A stretch of DNA of 55,579 nucleotides. Origin: a virus (Duplodnaviria; Caudoviricetes). Below are positions 39,101 through 47,869 of this stretch, piece after piece. Made by a program: the position numbers and the translations under genes. Below the pieces are notes generated by a model that was not told the origin of the DNA, did not search any database, and saw only the letters and a list, made by a program, of their open reading frames with translations. The stretch is taken from IMG/VR virus record IMGVR_UViG_3300043256_000267, positions 1 to 55,579 of that record; one strand, 5' to 3'. Positions within the stretch are counted from its first letter, which is position 1; every line of letters starts with the position of its first letter.

Positions 39101-39229
39101 AATGGTCAGGGATTCAGGGGAGAGCATGGACCGCCAGCCGGCATCTAAGTCCCCCATTGAAATGGCTTGGAACGCTTGTCCCGGCCTGTCGAGAATCCCG
39201 ACCGGCGCTATGCTTGGTCCGTCCGGCAC
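36134..39229 (-). CDS. Large internal virion/ejection protein
   Basis: 1031 aa, helical; last gene of a podovirus-like tail block. Confidence 0.6.
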   Translation of the reverse strand: MPDGPSIAPVGILDRPGQAFQAISMGDLDAGWRSMLSPESLTIGERDQLLRKWGIRRDSLQGRIMETLTNPAVMASIALTFVSPIPSAKALFKVKSQIDGMLARVPVLRSLAGARSAFRGTPVPDLLDDIVFAKNEIHTKYVDGMLGPAFEKYARATGKTPNAREQVMAFLHGEKLHLKAPHGWKDVGPLVPRLEEAMTPALRQLSADVRAALDHTRDHVFNRPEFITGLRNTAKRLEGLGYDVSDMKAMQTWLKQGKWKGVPDYMPHRTIRTQADAKRVHDAITATANGQEFSRKAQLQTVTFLGREFYRREGAMMPALQELGLLGDLVDPAALTRLQNGVKDKLLKGFGKAGMSDRTLRTFRRKTLDEITAQGKNLVADGERDLFVTGIAEHMPKQYSLRLEPVLQNYYHSIGNTYAWSIRGNGPKILGELQRAKLLGKVDAKAGWRARMLENTVIPSALGRPTPRQALNAQLWDQRWGQIIGLMESPRVRVAVGDDFANHMRDMYSSSMGAFSLRGFSHSVASYFYLSTLGLNPSAAFKNTFQQVLTTAPLVGGKNALAGQLEVLKRMPRYFEARLAQKIGHADALKRVFPEFVESGLHGSPLTDEVLGRAMESAYRLQKTAPIGVSTVEKAKRAAMSLFKLSETNVRMSGFYAGLTHAKAGGMRGAEAIKHAHQVAVRTQFVPGLTDTPMAFLPAGTFGQPVVRQLAMFPIKFTEFTLEGFRRAIQERDFSQISRQVMYSWATMEVGQTLGVNMKDALIGGALPSFTNVDDRGSILAPLPIVPPAATIVGGFLSAAGSGDWDQFTRQMPLLVPGGVAAARALGLVPGINEGVGKPAARWLNRKHADYAGRDPHTGRIPVYTGKGSLVGYYKPWELVRHSLGIKGGAIDQEAELANRLRLDSNAIKETRRLYLDALFANDATKASNIEAEHVRRFGHPIALTTDQLRQMQRRRKMTRIEKQLSALPRDVRPFYEAAAFQGPVGRAVRSGLYKPVAAELPTYTNDLDPMSEVDPYAIGRQRTRVPTIFP

Positions 39230-39232
39230 AAG

Positions 39233-40513
39233 TTAAACTCCTCCCGCCGCCTCGCGTAGAATCGCATCGAACTGCTTCATTACGTCGTCAGTTTGCCGCG
39301 GCTGTGGCGCCTCGGGCAACCGCGCGCTGCCCAACCGAATGCGGCCAGGCGTCTGCGCCCGTTGGCCACCTTGCCGCGCCCGCAACTGCTCAATCTCAGG
39401 GTTGGGTGCCGTGATCGTACTCAGTACGTCGCGGGTCAGGTCCATTTCCTGCGTGACCGCGTTGAACCGCCCAATTTTGGCCTGCCGCTCCCGCTCTTTC
39501 ATAGCTGCAAGGAACTGACCTGCACTGATAGCGCCGCCCTCCGGCGTTGGGACCATGTGGCCGCCACCAAGCTCCGGCGGTACCTCCCCAGTGATGCGCA
39601 TTGCAGCTCCCAACTCTTTCCGCCTGCGCGCCCCTTTTGCCGCCGCACCAATTTGCCACACTGCCAAACCTGCACCGATTACCGGAATGACCTTTCCTTT
39701 TAGTGCGCGGCCCAAGAACCCTACAATTCCTTTTCGCCCAGCGGCGGCACCGGCAGCCGCTTCACCACCTGCGGCAGCGCCAGGACCACTTGGACCACCC
39801 GGAGTGCCCCCACCAGCCGTCTGCACGGGCACAATTGGTCCACCACGTCCCACAGGTACAATCGCTGTAGTTGGCGCTGCGCGCCCGGCAAACGATACCG
39901 GCTCTGCCAGTCCCGGAGGCGGTGGCAGCGCAGGAAACCGCATCCCAATTGGAAGCTTGCGTGGGGAGAGTTGCGCTGCCATCAGTATAGTCTGCTTGAT
40001 ACCCGCGTCTTGGCTCACCCGGCCCAGCAGCGCCCCCGCAGTCAAGGTCGCCAGGGGTCCGGCCGTTGCCATTACACGACTTGACGGCATCCGACGCAGT
40101 GACTCCAACGCCTCTGGCGGTACACCAGCTTCCTCCGCAGCATCCAACGCAGCCTCAACCACCTGGTGAGCGTCTTGCTTGCTCATTTTTGGCACGAGCA
40201 TCGCGTAGCCAACTTGCAAGTCGTTCACGAACTCGCGCTGCGCGTCCTCGTTCCCGATCATGTCCCGTAGCGGCTTGGGCAGATCGCCGGTCTTCCCTGA
40301 TTTTCCCGCCGTCGTAATCAAGCGCTCGGTCAGGTATTTCTTCGCTGCGCTCGGAGTGTTCTGCGCGCGGAGGCTCTCTCGCAACCGACCGCGGATCGCC
40401 GCGAAGCGTTCCTTCCCCGGCGCTTTCAATAGAACATCACCCCAGCCAGACGCGTGTTCCAGCAGCGCCTCCATGTCAATCTCATCGGTCTCAGTGTAGT
40501 AGTGTTGTGGCAC
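39233..40513 (-). CDS. Probable internal virion protein
   Basis: Ala/Gly-rich with a hydrophobic segment. Confidence 0.55.
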   Translation of the reverse strand: MPQHYYTETDEIDMEALLEHASGWGDVLLKAPGKERFAAIRGRLRESLRAQNTPSAAKKYLTERLITTAGKSGKTGDLPKPLRDMIGNEDAQREFVNDLQVGYAMLVPKMSKQDAHQVVEAALDAAEEAGVPPEALESLRRMPSSRVMATAGPLATLTAGALLGRVSQDAGIKQTILMAAQLSPRKLPIGMRFPALPPPPGLAEPVSFAGRAAPTTAIVPVGRGGPIVPVQTAGGGTPGGPSGPGAAAGGEAAAGAAAGRKGIVGFLGRALKGKVIPVIGAGLAVWQIGAAAKGARRRKELGAAMRITGEVPPELGGGHMVPTPEGGAISAGQFLAAMKERERQAKIGRFNAVTQEMDLTRDVLSTITAPNPEIEQLRARQGGQRAQTPGRIRLGSARLPEAPQPRQTDDVMKQFDAILREAAGGV

Positions 40514-40515
40514 GT

Positions 40516-40959
40516 CTACTCTCCAATGCGCTTGCTAGGCGGCGTATACGGTCCGGCCCGCGTTGGATCAAATCGCGCGGCCAAGTCTTCTGGGTCCATA
40601 CCAACTTGTGCAGCCACCTGCCGGATCAACGGAACGTCCCGTGTAGCGTACCCGCCACCTTTGATACCCAGTTCGACCGGGCTGACAAACCCCTTTTCCA
40701 ACCCTGTTTTCGTACTGAGAAGCCGTTGGTTCCTGCGCGCACGTGCCATGCTGAACTCAGTCTCTACATCCTCACGTGCCGCCATTCGCCGCGCAGCAGC
40801 CTGCACCTGCTTTTTCTGCGCAGCGCGTATGGTCTCTGCCAAATCGACGTTGGGATCGTTCGCACCTTGGTACATCTCATAGACGAACGAAGCCAGCGCA
40901 GTGGCGTACAAGCCACCTTGCAGTAGCTTCCATCCTACAACTAATGCTGGTAACGCCAC
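40516..40959 (-). CDS. Probable virion protein
   Basis: AGGAG RBS; hydrophobic N-terminus. Confidence 0.55.
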   Translation of the reverse strand: MALPALVVGWKLLQGGLYATALASFVYEMYQGANDPNVDLAETIRAAQKKQVQAAARRMAAREDVETEFSMARARRNQRLLSTKTGLEKGFVSPVELGIKGGGYATRDVPLIRQVAAQVGMDPEDLAARFDPTRAGPYTPPSKRIGE

Positions 40960-40968
40960 GACTTTCTC

Positions 40969-43332
40969 CTACGGCTGCGGAAACGGACTCGGCTGCGCCT
41001 GCGGACGCTGCGGTGCTTGTGGTTGTTGCGGTTGCTGTGGGCCACCGCCCCCAACCTGCGTTGGACCTAGTTGCGCTGCGCCCTCTGGCTGCGGCGGCGC
41101 AGAAGGCTGCGGTGGTTGCGCTGGCTGCTGCTCTGGCGCTTCGGCCTGCCCGACCTTGGGCGGTTCCGGCGCCGCTTGCACCGCTTGAGCGCGCGCCCGC
41201 GACTCCAACACGCGGTCTGTAAAACTCTGGATCGGCTGCTTCCGTTCCTTGCGGGCTGGCAACGCGGTCGTCGTTCCAATAGGCGACTCGTACAATTGTG
41301 ACCGTTCGTTGAACTCTGGCATCGCGGTAAACGGATTCGTGATCCCGTGCTTGGCCGCGTCTTGGTGGTGCGCGCGTACCGTATTAAACTCGGAGTCTTG
41401 TTCCGGGTCGGTACGTACTGGATCGTCGCCGCTCCCTGCGTTGTAGTATTCGCGCAGCCCTCGTCGCGATCCCGGCCGGTTGTGCAATTCTGCAATGCTT
41501 TGCAACACCCCCCGCGGCGCCCGAAACAACTTGTTCTCTCGGGTGCGCACCGCCTGCGCTGTTTCCGCCGAGATTTTGCCTTCGTCCACCAACCCTTCAA
41601 GCTCATGCGGCTCAAGCACACTCAACACCGCAGTCGCATGTCCATCCTTGAGCACCGCCATCGCATGGTTGTTCTCTTGCCATGTCCGCATGATCGTGTT
41701 GTTCTTGATCGGAAGCAGCATCCTCTCCCGATGCCACCTGTTCCACTTGCTAATCACCTGGCTCACCGCCGCTTCCGCCAAATCAGGCGGAATCTCCATC
41801 TGCTCCTCGGCAGTCGGCGCGGTCTCCAGTACAGTAAGCGGCTGCCGCTGTGACACGCGATGCCGGGCTCTGGTGATGTCCGTTGCGGTCTCTGGGTCAA
41901 CTCCCGATTCGATCAACTGCTCGCGCCTAAGCGACCCTAACCACGCTCCGATATTCCCGCGAAATGTTGGGTCTGTCATTCCGCCAGTCAAGATTTCCTG
42001 CATTTGCGTTGCGAGCGCAGACATCGGAATCGTATCGTACATGTCTTCAGCCATGCGCACCTGGAAATCTGCGTCTGACTCGCCGTCCTTACGGATACCC
42101 GGAGCCCAACGATTTGGGTCATCGTCAGAAAGTCCCAAGCGAAGCGCACGATCGGTAGCTTCCGAAGAGACACGAGTTCCCTCCAACACAGTCGAATAAA
42201 TCTGTCGTACAACTTGCTCCGGCGTCGCGCCTGTCTGCTCCCACTTTCGGGGATTCGGAACCAGTGTATTCGCAACTGCATCCGGCAGCGCCGTTGCAAC
42301 TGCGTCTCCATATTCCTTATACATCCGCTCAAGCGGCTCGCCCATCTTCTCCGCTTCCAATACGTCCGCCGCAACCCTTAGATGGTACTGCCGCCGCGCC
42401 TCTTCCGACTGCATCACAGCCAGCACAAGGTCATCCTGCTTTGCCTTCGTGATCGCCTTAAAAGACACCGGATTGACCATGACAAACTTTGGGTCGTCCA
42501 TACTCATAGCCCACACGCCACCCTTGGGATACCCATTGTATAGCTCCCACTCACGGGCCTCCTCCGGCGTTAGCATAGGCAAGTCCAATTTCAGCGCTTC
42601 CAGCATCGCCGCCGGAATCGGCAGCATGGGCTGCTCAAACGCCCCAGCCGGCTCCATAGTTGTCGGCTCCCCGCGTATAAGCGCCTGGTTTGCCTGCGCC
42701 ACCATCGCGTGTAGCTTGTCCGCGTAGGGGCTGTCGAGCATATCCTCCCGCACCACTTGCGCCATGCGTGCCAAGTCAAGCATCTGCTGTCGTGTCTCCA
42801 ACCCGTTCGGCCCAAGCCGGTCCCACGCGTTCGCAGCATCCATATCGTAGACCCAGTCAATTGCCGATTCCGTCGACTCGGCAATCGTTGCAGCCCCACG
42901 CTCCTGCTCATCCAGCAGCCGCCCCTTTTTCGCTTCATTCTCCTGAATGATGCTTGCCAGTTCTGCCCCCTCCCGCTGCACCTTGCTCATAAGCTCGCGC
43001 TGGTAGTCTACCGCTTCCAACTGGAACCTACGTCCTTCCTCAGTCAGTGCCTCCTGCCGTTCCTCTTGCCGTCTGGTCTCTGCCCGCTGCTCAGCCTGGT
43101 TCACCGCGCGCTGCGCAGCGTCCGCCACCTGCGCTACAGCCGCCTGCGTCTGCTCGGCTTGCTGCGCCTGCGCTTGTGTAGCCCCACGCACAAACTGGTT
43201 CATGGATTTCCCCATCGCTTCCATAAACGCCTGTACGGACTGCACCAAATTTGCACCGCCCGCGCCGCTACCGCCACGGGATAATGCCGCCTGCACCAGT
43301 TGTTGCCTATCAAATCGCGGTTGTGGTGGCAT
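40969..43332 (-). CDS. Probable internal virion protein
   Basis: Q/A coiled coil and P/Q-rich tail. Confidence 0.6.
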   Translation of the reverse strand: MPPQPRFDRQQLVQAALSRGGSGAGGANLVQSVQAFMEAMGKSMNQFVRGATQAQAQQAEQTQAAVAQVADAAQRAVNQAEQRAETRRQEERQEALTEEGRRFQLEAVDYQRELMSKVQREGAELASIIQENEAKKGRLLDEQERGAATIAESTESAIDWVYDMDAANAWDRLGPNGLETRQQMLDLARMAQVVREDMLDSPYADKLHAMVAQANQALIRGEPTTMEPAGAFEQPMLPIPAAMLEALKLDLPMLTPEEAREWELYNGYPKGGVWAMSMDDPKFVMVNPVSFKAITKAKQDDLVLAVMQSEEARRQYHLRVAADVLEAEKMGEPLERMYKEYGDAVATALPDAVANTLVPNPRKWEQTGATPEQVVRQIYSTVLEGTRVSSEATDRALRLGLSDDDPNRWAPGIRKDGESDADFQVRMAEDMYDTIPMSALATQMQEILTGGMTDPTFRGNIGAWLGSLRREQLIESGVDPETATDITRARHRVSQRQPLTVLETAPTAEEQMEIPPDLAEAAVSQVISKWNRWHRERMLLPIKNNTIMRTWQENNHAMAVLKDGHATAVLSVLEPHELEGLVDEGKISAETAQAVRTRENKLFRAPRGVLQSIAELHNRPGSRRGLREYYNAGSGDDPVRTDPEQDSEFNTVRAHHQDAAKHGITNPFTAMPEFNERSQLYESPIGTTTALPARKERKQPIQSFTDRVLESRARAQAVQAAPEPPKVGQAEAPEQQPAQPPQPSAPPQPEGAAQLGPTQVGGGGPQQPQQPQAPQRPQAQPSPFPQP

Positions 43333-43333
43333 C

Positions 43334-44806
43334 TTACTCTAGCTCTCCCCCAAGAAACATAGTGGCAAAACCTAGTACGGCACCCGCGGGGCCGGGAATC
43401 ATGTCCATGAACAACTGAGACATCGTAGCCGTCTTTGCCCACTCCTCTCCCGCAGCGAGTGCTTCCAGCATGTTGTTGTAGCCCCCTGCCTGGAGCTTTG
43501 TTGCAAAGTCAGTCCCGAGGATATCCCGTCCGATTGCGTAGTGGTTCAACGCAAAATCATACGGCAACTGGCTCACGTAGTTCTCCGCGTCCAGCAACGC
43601 CAGAGTCGTCCCATCCTTAGCATCACGGTAATTCGCCGTCAGGTTGTCATAGTTAAACCGAATCGAATCCGCATTGTTCCGCGCATTGATCCGCAGCTCG
43701 TCGAATCCGGCAGAAATCTTAGCCGCAGTGTCATACGCACTCGCAACCGCCTGCATTTCAGCACCACCCAATGCCGCAAGCGACTGGTTTCGCGCAGTCG
43801 ATGCGGCAGCAACGGACTGCATCGTACTTACCATCGCACCCGTTTGTAACGCTGTAAAGTCTTTGATGTTCGCGCCAATGGTTGTCGCAATTTGCATAGA
43901 TCCATTCACACGCAATTGTGCAAGCAACGCTGACTTACGGCCCGCCGGGATATTCGGGTCCGCGTTGATTCTTGCCTCTGCGTCGCGCATGGCTTGCTGC
44001 TGCGCGCTCACGGCCGCTTGGGCAGCCGCGTTCTTCCCCTCCATCGCCATGCCGACCGCCTCGCGCCCGAGTCCCTCGATGCGGTCGATGTCAATGTCGG
44101 TTGTTTCTTTGTACTTGTCCGCAATCCCTTGCAGCGCATCTTGCACCTGCCCCGGCAACTGGGACGCATCCTGCTTGGCCAGCTTCGCGATGTCGTCCGC
44201 CGCTTGCACCGTCGTATCCAGCCGATCCCGCCCCTCAGCCAGTTGCGTCTCTGTGTCAGTTTCACGCCCGGCAATGTCGGTCTCGGCTTCCTGAAGCGAC
44301 TCCCCAGCCGCCCCCATTTCAGCCGTGCTCAAATCCTCAAGTTTCTCCAGAGATTGCTCACCGAACTCCCCGATCTCCGGCGCGACTGCCTCTCCGGTTT
44401 CCGGGTCCACCTCACCAGTGAACTCGCCCACCTCCGGCGCTTCAGCCGCCGTTGGCCCAGCATACGGACGTAGGTTTCCCTGCTCATCACGGTATACCGT
44501 GCGCCCTGACTCGCTGCGGTACACTTGCAGCCCTTCCGGCGTAGTCCCCGCTGCGCGGAACGGGTCTGCTGTCTGTGGTCCTGCGCCAGGCTTTCCCGGC
44601 CCAGCATCCGGCCCAGTAGCCCCCTGTTTCAGCTTCGCCCCAGCGCTACCTTTGCCATTGGTGGGGACCGGTTGTGGCCCCGCGGGTGCCTGCTCGCCAA
44701 TTCGGGCCTTGCGCCGCTTGGCGGTCCTGCTCACAGCGCTTCCGAGGCGCTTCAAAGACGAGGTCCGCGTTCGAGTCTCGTTTGGTGATGTAGGTGCCGT
44801 TGCCAT
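43334..44806 (-). CDS. Probable DNA-ejection/pilot protein
   Basis: Ala-rich coiled coil; C-terminal GPAGAVLG hydrophobic segment. Confidence 0.6.
   Translation of the reverse strand: MATAPTSPNETRTRTSSLKRLGSAVSRTAKRRKARIGEQAPAGPQPVPTNGKGSAGAKLKQGATGPDAGPGKPGAGPQTADPFRAAGTTPEGLQVYRSESGRTVYRDEQGNLRPYAGPTAAEAPEVGEFTGEVDPETGEAVAPEIGEFGEQSLEKLEDLSTAEMGAAGESLQEAETDIAGRETDTETQLAEGRDRLDTTVQAADDIAKLAKQDASQLPGQVQDALQGIADKYKETTDIDIDRIEGLGREAVGMAMEGKNAAAQAAVSAQQQAMRDAEARINADPNIPAGRKSALLAQLRVNGSMQIATTIGANIKDFTALQTGAMVSTMQSVAAASTARNQSLAALGGAEMQAVASAYDTAAKISAGFDELRINARNNADSIRFNYDNLTANYRDAKDGTTLALLDAENYVSQLPYDFALNHYAIGRDILGTDFATKLQAGGYNNMLEALAAGEEWAKTATMSQLFMDMIPGPAGAVLGFATMFLGGELE
44655..44674. repeat. 20-bp motif, copy 7
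   Basis: Exact; translated as QPVPTNG. Confidence 0.95.
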
Positions 44807-44823
44807 ACTACTTTGTCCCACTG

Positions 44824-44852
44824 ATTATAGGCCGCTCGACCCGCGTTTTCAA
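44824..44852 (-). promoter_or_regulatory. Sigma70-type promoter for the ejection genes
   Basis: TTGAAA-17-TATAAT, with CGGCC before the -10; intergenic. Confidence 0.7.
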
Positions 44853-44854
44853 CC

Positions 44855-47380
44855 CTACCCGGGCCGCGTGGATGCCTCGGATGCGGACAAGTGGCCCCGC
44901 ACCAACAGCGCGTCAATCTCGTAGTCCATGTTAGCCCCATATGACTCCAGAAACGGGTACATCTTGGTACCTCCGCGGTTCGCACGCACGTTTACTTGGT
45001 CTGGCACGCTGTTCACCCGCACCGCATTGGTCGTGAGCACAGTGTCCTGCGTTCGTAATCCCATGTCAATAAACGCGTTTGGATCGGACTCGCCGGTCTC
45101 GCCACCCAGCGCCTCTACACTCGCGCTCATGGTGTGGCCGACTTTCCGCGGGAACGGATCGTCGGACCCCATTCCAGACAATCGGGCAAACCGCGCATGG
45201 ACCACCACAGGCGCAACCGAGTAGCGATCGTCCACAGACAGTGCGCCCGGCAGTCCGCTTACGGTCAGCTCGATATCAGACACGCGGGCCGTGATTTCCA
45301 CCTTTGAGCCCTCATGGTCCCCGGACAGAATGTACGCGCTGTGGCCCACAACGGTCTGCGGAAATGTAGCGCCGCTGTCAATGATCGCGGTAGCCGAGGC
45401 GGACGTGACTTGCCCGTTTACAGTGTCGAACGCGCCCGCACCAACCATAGTGACCTTGCCAGACTCGCGGAATGCGTCAATTACGCTGACAACGCCGTCA
45501 GATGTGACCAGGTAGCTACGCTGCCCCACGCCATCGGACAGAACGTCTTGGCCATCGGTCACAAATGTCCACGGGCAGTTTATCACGCGCGTGACTGCTC
45601 CAGTGGCCTCCCATAAGATGACCATTTCCTTCTTGTTTGTATTCAGCAAGATGAGCGCACCGGCGAACGAATCGTATCCGACCTTCACGTCAGCAAGCGT
45701 CTTGCCCCACTGGCGGTCGTCGATGATGAGCCGGTTGACGAGTTTGACGTTACGCACCTCGTTGGTCAAGCCGTCAATTTCCTTCATGCCGGTTGCCGTC
45801 AACACGTAGAGCGTATCGCCTGCCGCGACCGCGCCGTTCGCACTCATGGCAGAGATACTGTTAACGATGCGGGTTACCGTAACACCAGTACCCGCGCGCG
45901 CTATCCGGTATACGGACTTGTTCGTGAGCGCGAAGGCAATTGACGATCCCGGATACAAATTTAGCACGCGCTCGGATGGGTCATTCAACGGCTCATAGTT
46001 GAGCACGGGGAAATTCTCAGGCTCGTCCAAGTGGATCGCGCTCCAGACGATGCTTTCCGGCACGCGATCTTGTTTGGTCCAAGATTCATCCAAACCAACG
46101 TCGTCCGGCGACGCTTGGTCAGTTACCCCAATGAGCATGTTGTCAAAACCCAACAAGCGCTTCATGCGCGGCGCGGGTCCAAAATCGTGATGCTCCGCGC
46201 TGTATTCGTCGCTGGTAAACAGCCCCTCATCAGCGATGTGTTCAATTTCGCGCGTGTAACTAGTAATTATCGCGTCTTCGTCTTGAATCTTGAATCGCCA
46301 GGTGGCAATTCCAGCCCCACTCGGCTGATCGAGCAACGGTTCATACGGACGGTATTCGTACAAACGTTGGACGGGCCGGTACTTGCCGGCGGTTATGCCG
46401 GTATCGTTCTGTGGAGTGCGCCATAACCGGAACCCGTCTACGTGTCCAACCCCCCAGTGAAGAGGCGCTGTTTGACTGTTGCTCACTTGTCGGAGCAACT
46501 GGTGGTAGCCCGGTGACGGGTTGTCCTCCGGCAGCCACAGGTTGTTCATCACATAGCGAATACTAAAAAGTGTACTCGGTATGGTAAATGTTCTAAACCG
46601 CAGGAAAGAGCGCAAGTTGTGCTTTTGTGATACTAGCTCGGCTCCAAACGTATATTGACCCGGTGGCAATGGTTTATCGTCACCGGTAAGTTCCATGTCG
46701 AAAACATCAGTAGGAACACCGAGCCGGTCTGTGTTTACGGATGTAATCAAGCAGCGCTCTGGCAGCAAACCCATGAGCCGACCTTGCCACCCCCCAGTAT
46801 AGCGGTCCCAATCATTGATCTTGAAGTCCCAGAAGTACGCCTTGTTGTACGGCGGCGCGGTCACGTTCACAATGTGTACCGTGCTCTCGGACGCGCCCGC
46901 GTTGACGAAATAGATGTACCGCCCCAAGCAGCTAATGTCGTATTGATCGAACGTCGTGGGCTTAAAGTCAGTCCACAACGCGAAATCCTCAAGCTGTACA
47001 ACGTCGGTGCTGCCGTCTTCTGAGTCGCGGTACGCAAAGTATAGCGCCTTCCCGGTCGCAGTTTGGTTGTCAGCTAGGATGACCAGACCGGCAAGCGTGT
47101 CCGGGGATACGCCCTTACGGACACTGGCGTACTTGACCAACTGGATGTTGTTGATTTGCTCAATCGTGGTTACGCCGACCTCGGGAGCGGGAATGCCGTG
47201 GATGGACGCGCCGCCGAATCCAGGGAACACGCGCAGACCGCCCTCGTTGCGCCCATCAACACCGGTCGCTTCAACCAACATGCGAGGGTCGATGGCGCCC
47301 GGAGACATGCGCAGGTCCATACCGGGGAATACAGGCCGGTAGAACCACTTGGCATGATCGTCGTGTTGCCGCTCTGGCAT
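44855..47380 (-). CDS. Tail nozzle/stabilisation protein (P22 gp10 / T7 gp12-like)
   Basis: 841 aa, beta-rich; IVWS...PENF motif; gene position. Confidence 0.65.
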   Translation of the reverse strand: MPERQHDDHAKWFYRPVFPGMDLRMSPGAIDPRMLVEATGVDGRNEGGLRVFPGFGGASIHGIPAPEVGVTTIEQINNIQLVKYASVRKGVSPDTLAGLVILADNQTATGKALYFAYRDSEDGSTDVVQLEDFALWTDFKPTTFDQYDISCLGRYIYFVNAGASESTVHIVNVTAPPYNKAYFWDFKINDWDRYTGGWQGRLMGLLPERCLITSVNTDRLGVPTDVFDMELTGDDKPLPPGQYTFGAELVSQKHNLRSFLRFRTFTIPSTLFSIRYVMNNLWLPEDNPSPGYHQLLRQVSNSQTAPLHWGVGHVDGFRLWRTPQNDTGITAGKYRPVQRLYEYRPYEPLLDQPSGAGIATWRFKIQDEDAIITSYTREIEHIADEGLFTSDEYSAEHHDFGPAPRMKRLLGFDNMLIGVTDQASPDDVGLDESWTKQDRVPESIVWSAIHLDEPENFPVLNYEPLNDPSERVLNLYPGSSIAFALTNKSVYRIARAGTGVTVTRIVNSISAMSANGAVAAGDTLYVLTATGMKEIDGLTNEVRNVKLVNRLIIDDRQWGKTLADVKVGYDSFAGALILLNTNKKEMVILWEATGAVTRVINCPWTFVTDGQDVLSDGVGQRSYLVTSDGVVSVIDAFRESGKVTMVGAGAFDTVNGQVTSASATAIIDSGATFPQTVVGHSAYILSGDHEGSKVEITARVSDIELTVSGLPGALSVDDRYSVAPVVVHARFARLSGMGSDDPFPRKVGHTMSASVEALGGETGESDPNAFIDMGLRTQDTVLTTNAVRVNSVPDQVNVRANRGGTKMYPFLESYGANMDYEIDALLVRGHLSASEASTRPG

Positions 47381-47838
47381 TACTTCCTCACCACTACAAA
47401 CTCACGCGACATGTCCCCCAGCAGCGCATTGAGCACCTGTGCTAAGTTCGCCGTCGTGGGACTAGATACATCCAGCTCCCTGGATACGGTATCGTCATCA
47501 GACGTATATACTCGACGTATGGGAGCCGGCCCCTTAGCCACATACTCGTCGCGCCCGCCGGGCCTCCGATCTTGCGCCAGCTCGTTTACCGGTAGCACAT
47601 CCGGCATTTGGATAGCGGACTTATCTTGCTCCCACTCTGACTGTACAGATTCGTGCTGGAACGTTTCCTCGCCAACGATCAATGTAGGAGCCACTGCGCG
47701 GCGCATGTCCGGTTCAAATGGCGCGGCTAACTCGCTTGGGCTGAACAACCGAACGCGCGTTTCCCGCCCGATAGCCGACGTGCGCAGGTTTCCACGGCCC
47801 TTTCTCACCGACAGCGGTTCAATGTTGCGGTATCGCAT
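47380..47838 (-). CDS. Hypothetical virion protein
   Basis: TAATG coupling. Confidence 0.6.
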   Translation of the reverse strand: MRYRNIEPLSVRKGRGNLRTSAIGRETRVRLFSPSELAAPFEPDMRRAVAPTLIVGEETFQHESVQSEWEQDKSAIQMPDVLPVNELAQDRRPGGRDEYVAKGPAPIRRVYTSDDDTVSRELDVSSPTTANLAQVLNALLGDMSREFVVVRK

Positions 47839-47842
47839 GGAT

Positions 47843-47862
47843 TAACCGGTCCCCACTAATGG
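47843..47862. repeat. 20-bp motif, copy 8 (inverted, 2 mismatches)
   Basis: TAACCGGTCCCCACTAATGG in a 31-bp intergenic gap. Confidence 0.85.
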
Positions 47863-47869
47863 TCAACTG

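Noticed and set aside
2900-47862. 20-bp motif as a CRISPR repeat or mini-array
   Set aside because: Copies are 0.5-13 kb apart and in both orientations, with no spacer-sized gaps and no cas operon; the Cas4-like gene sits in a standard recombination module
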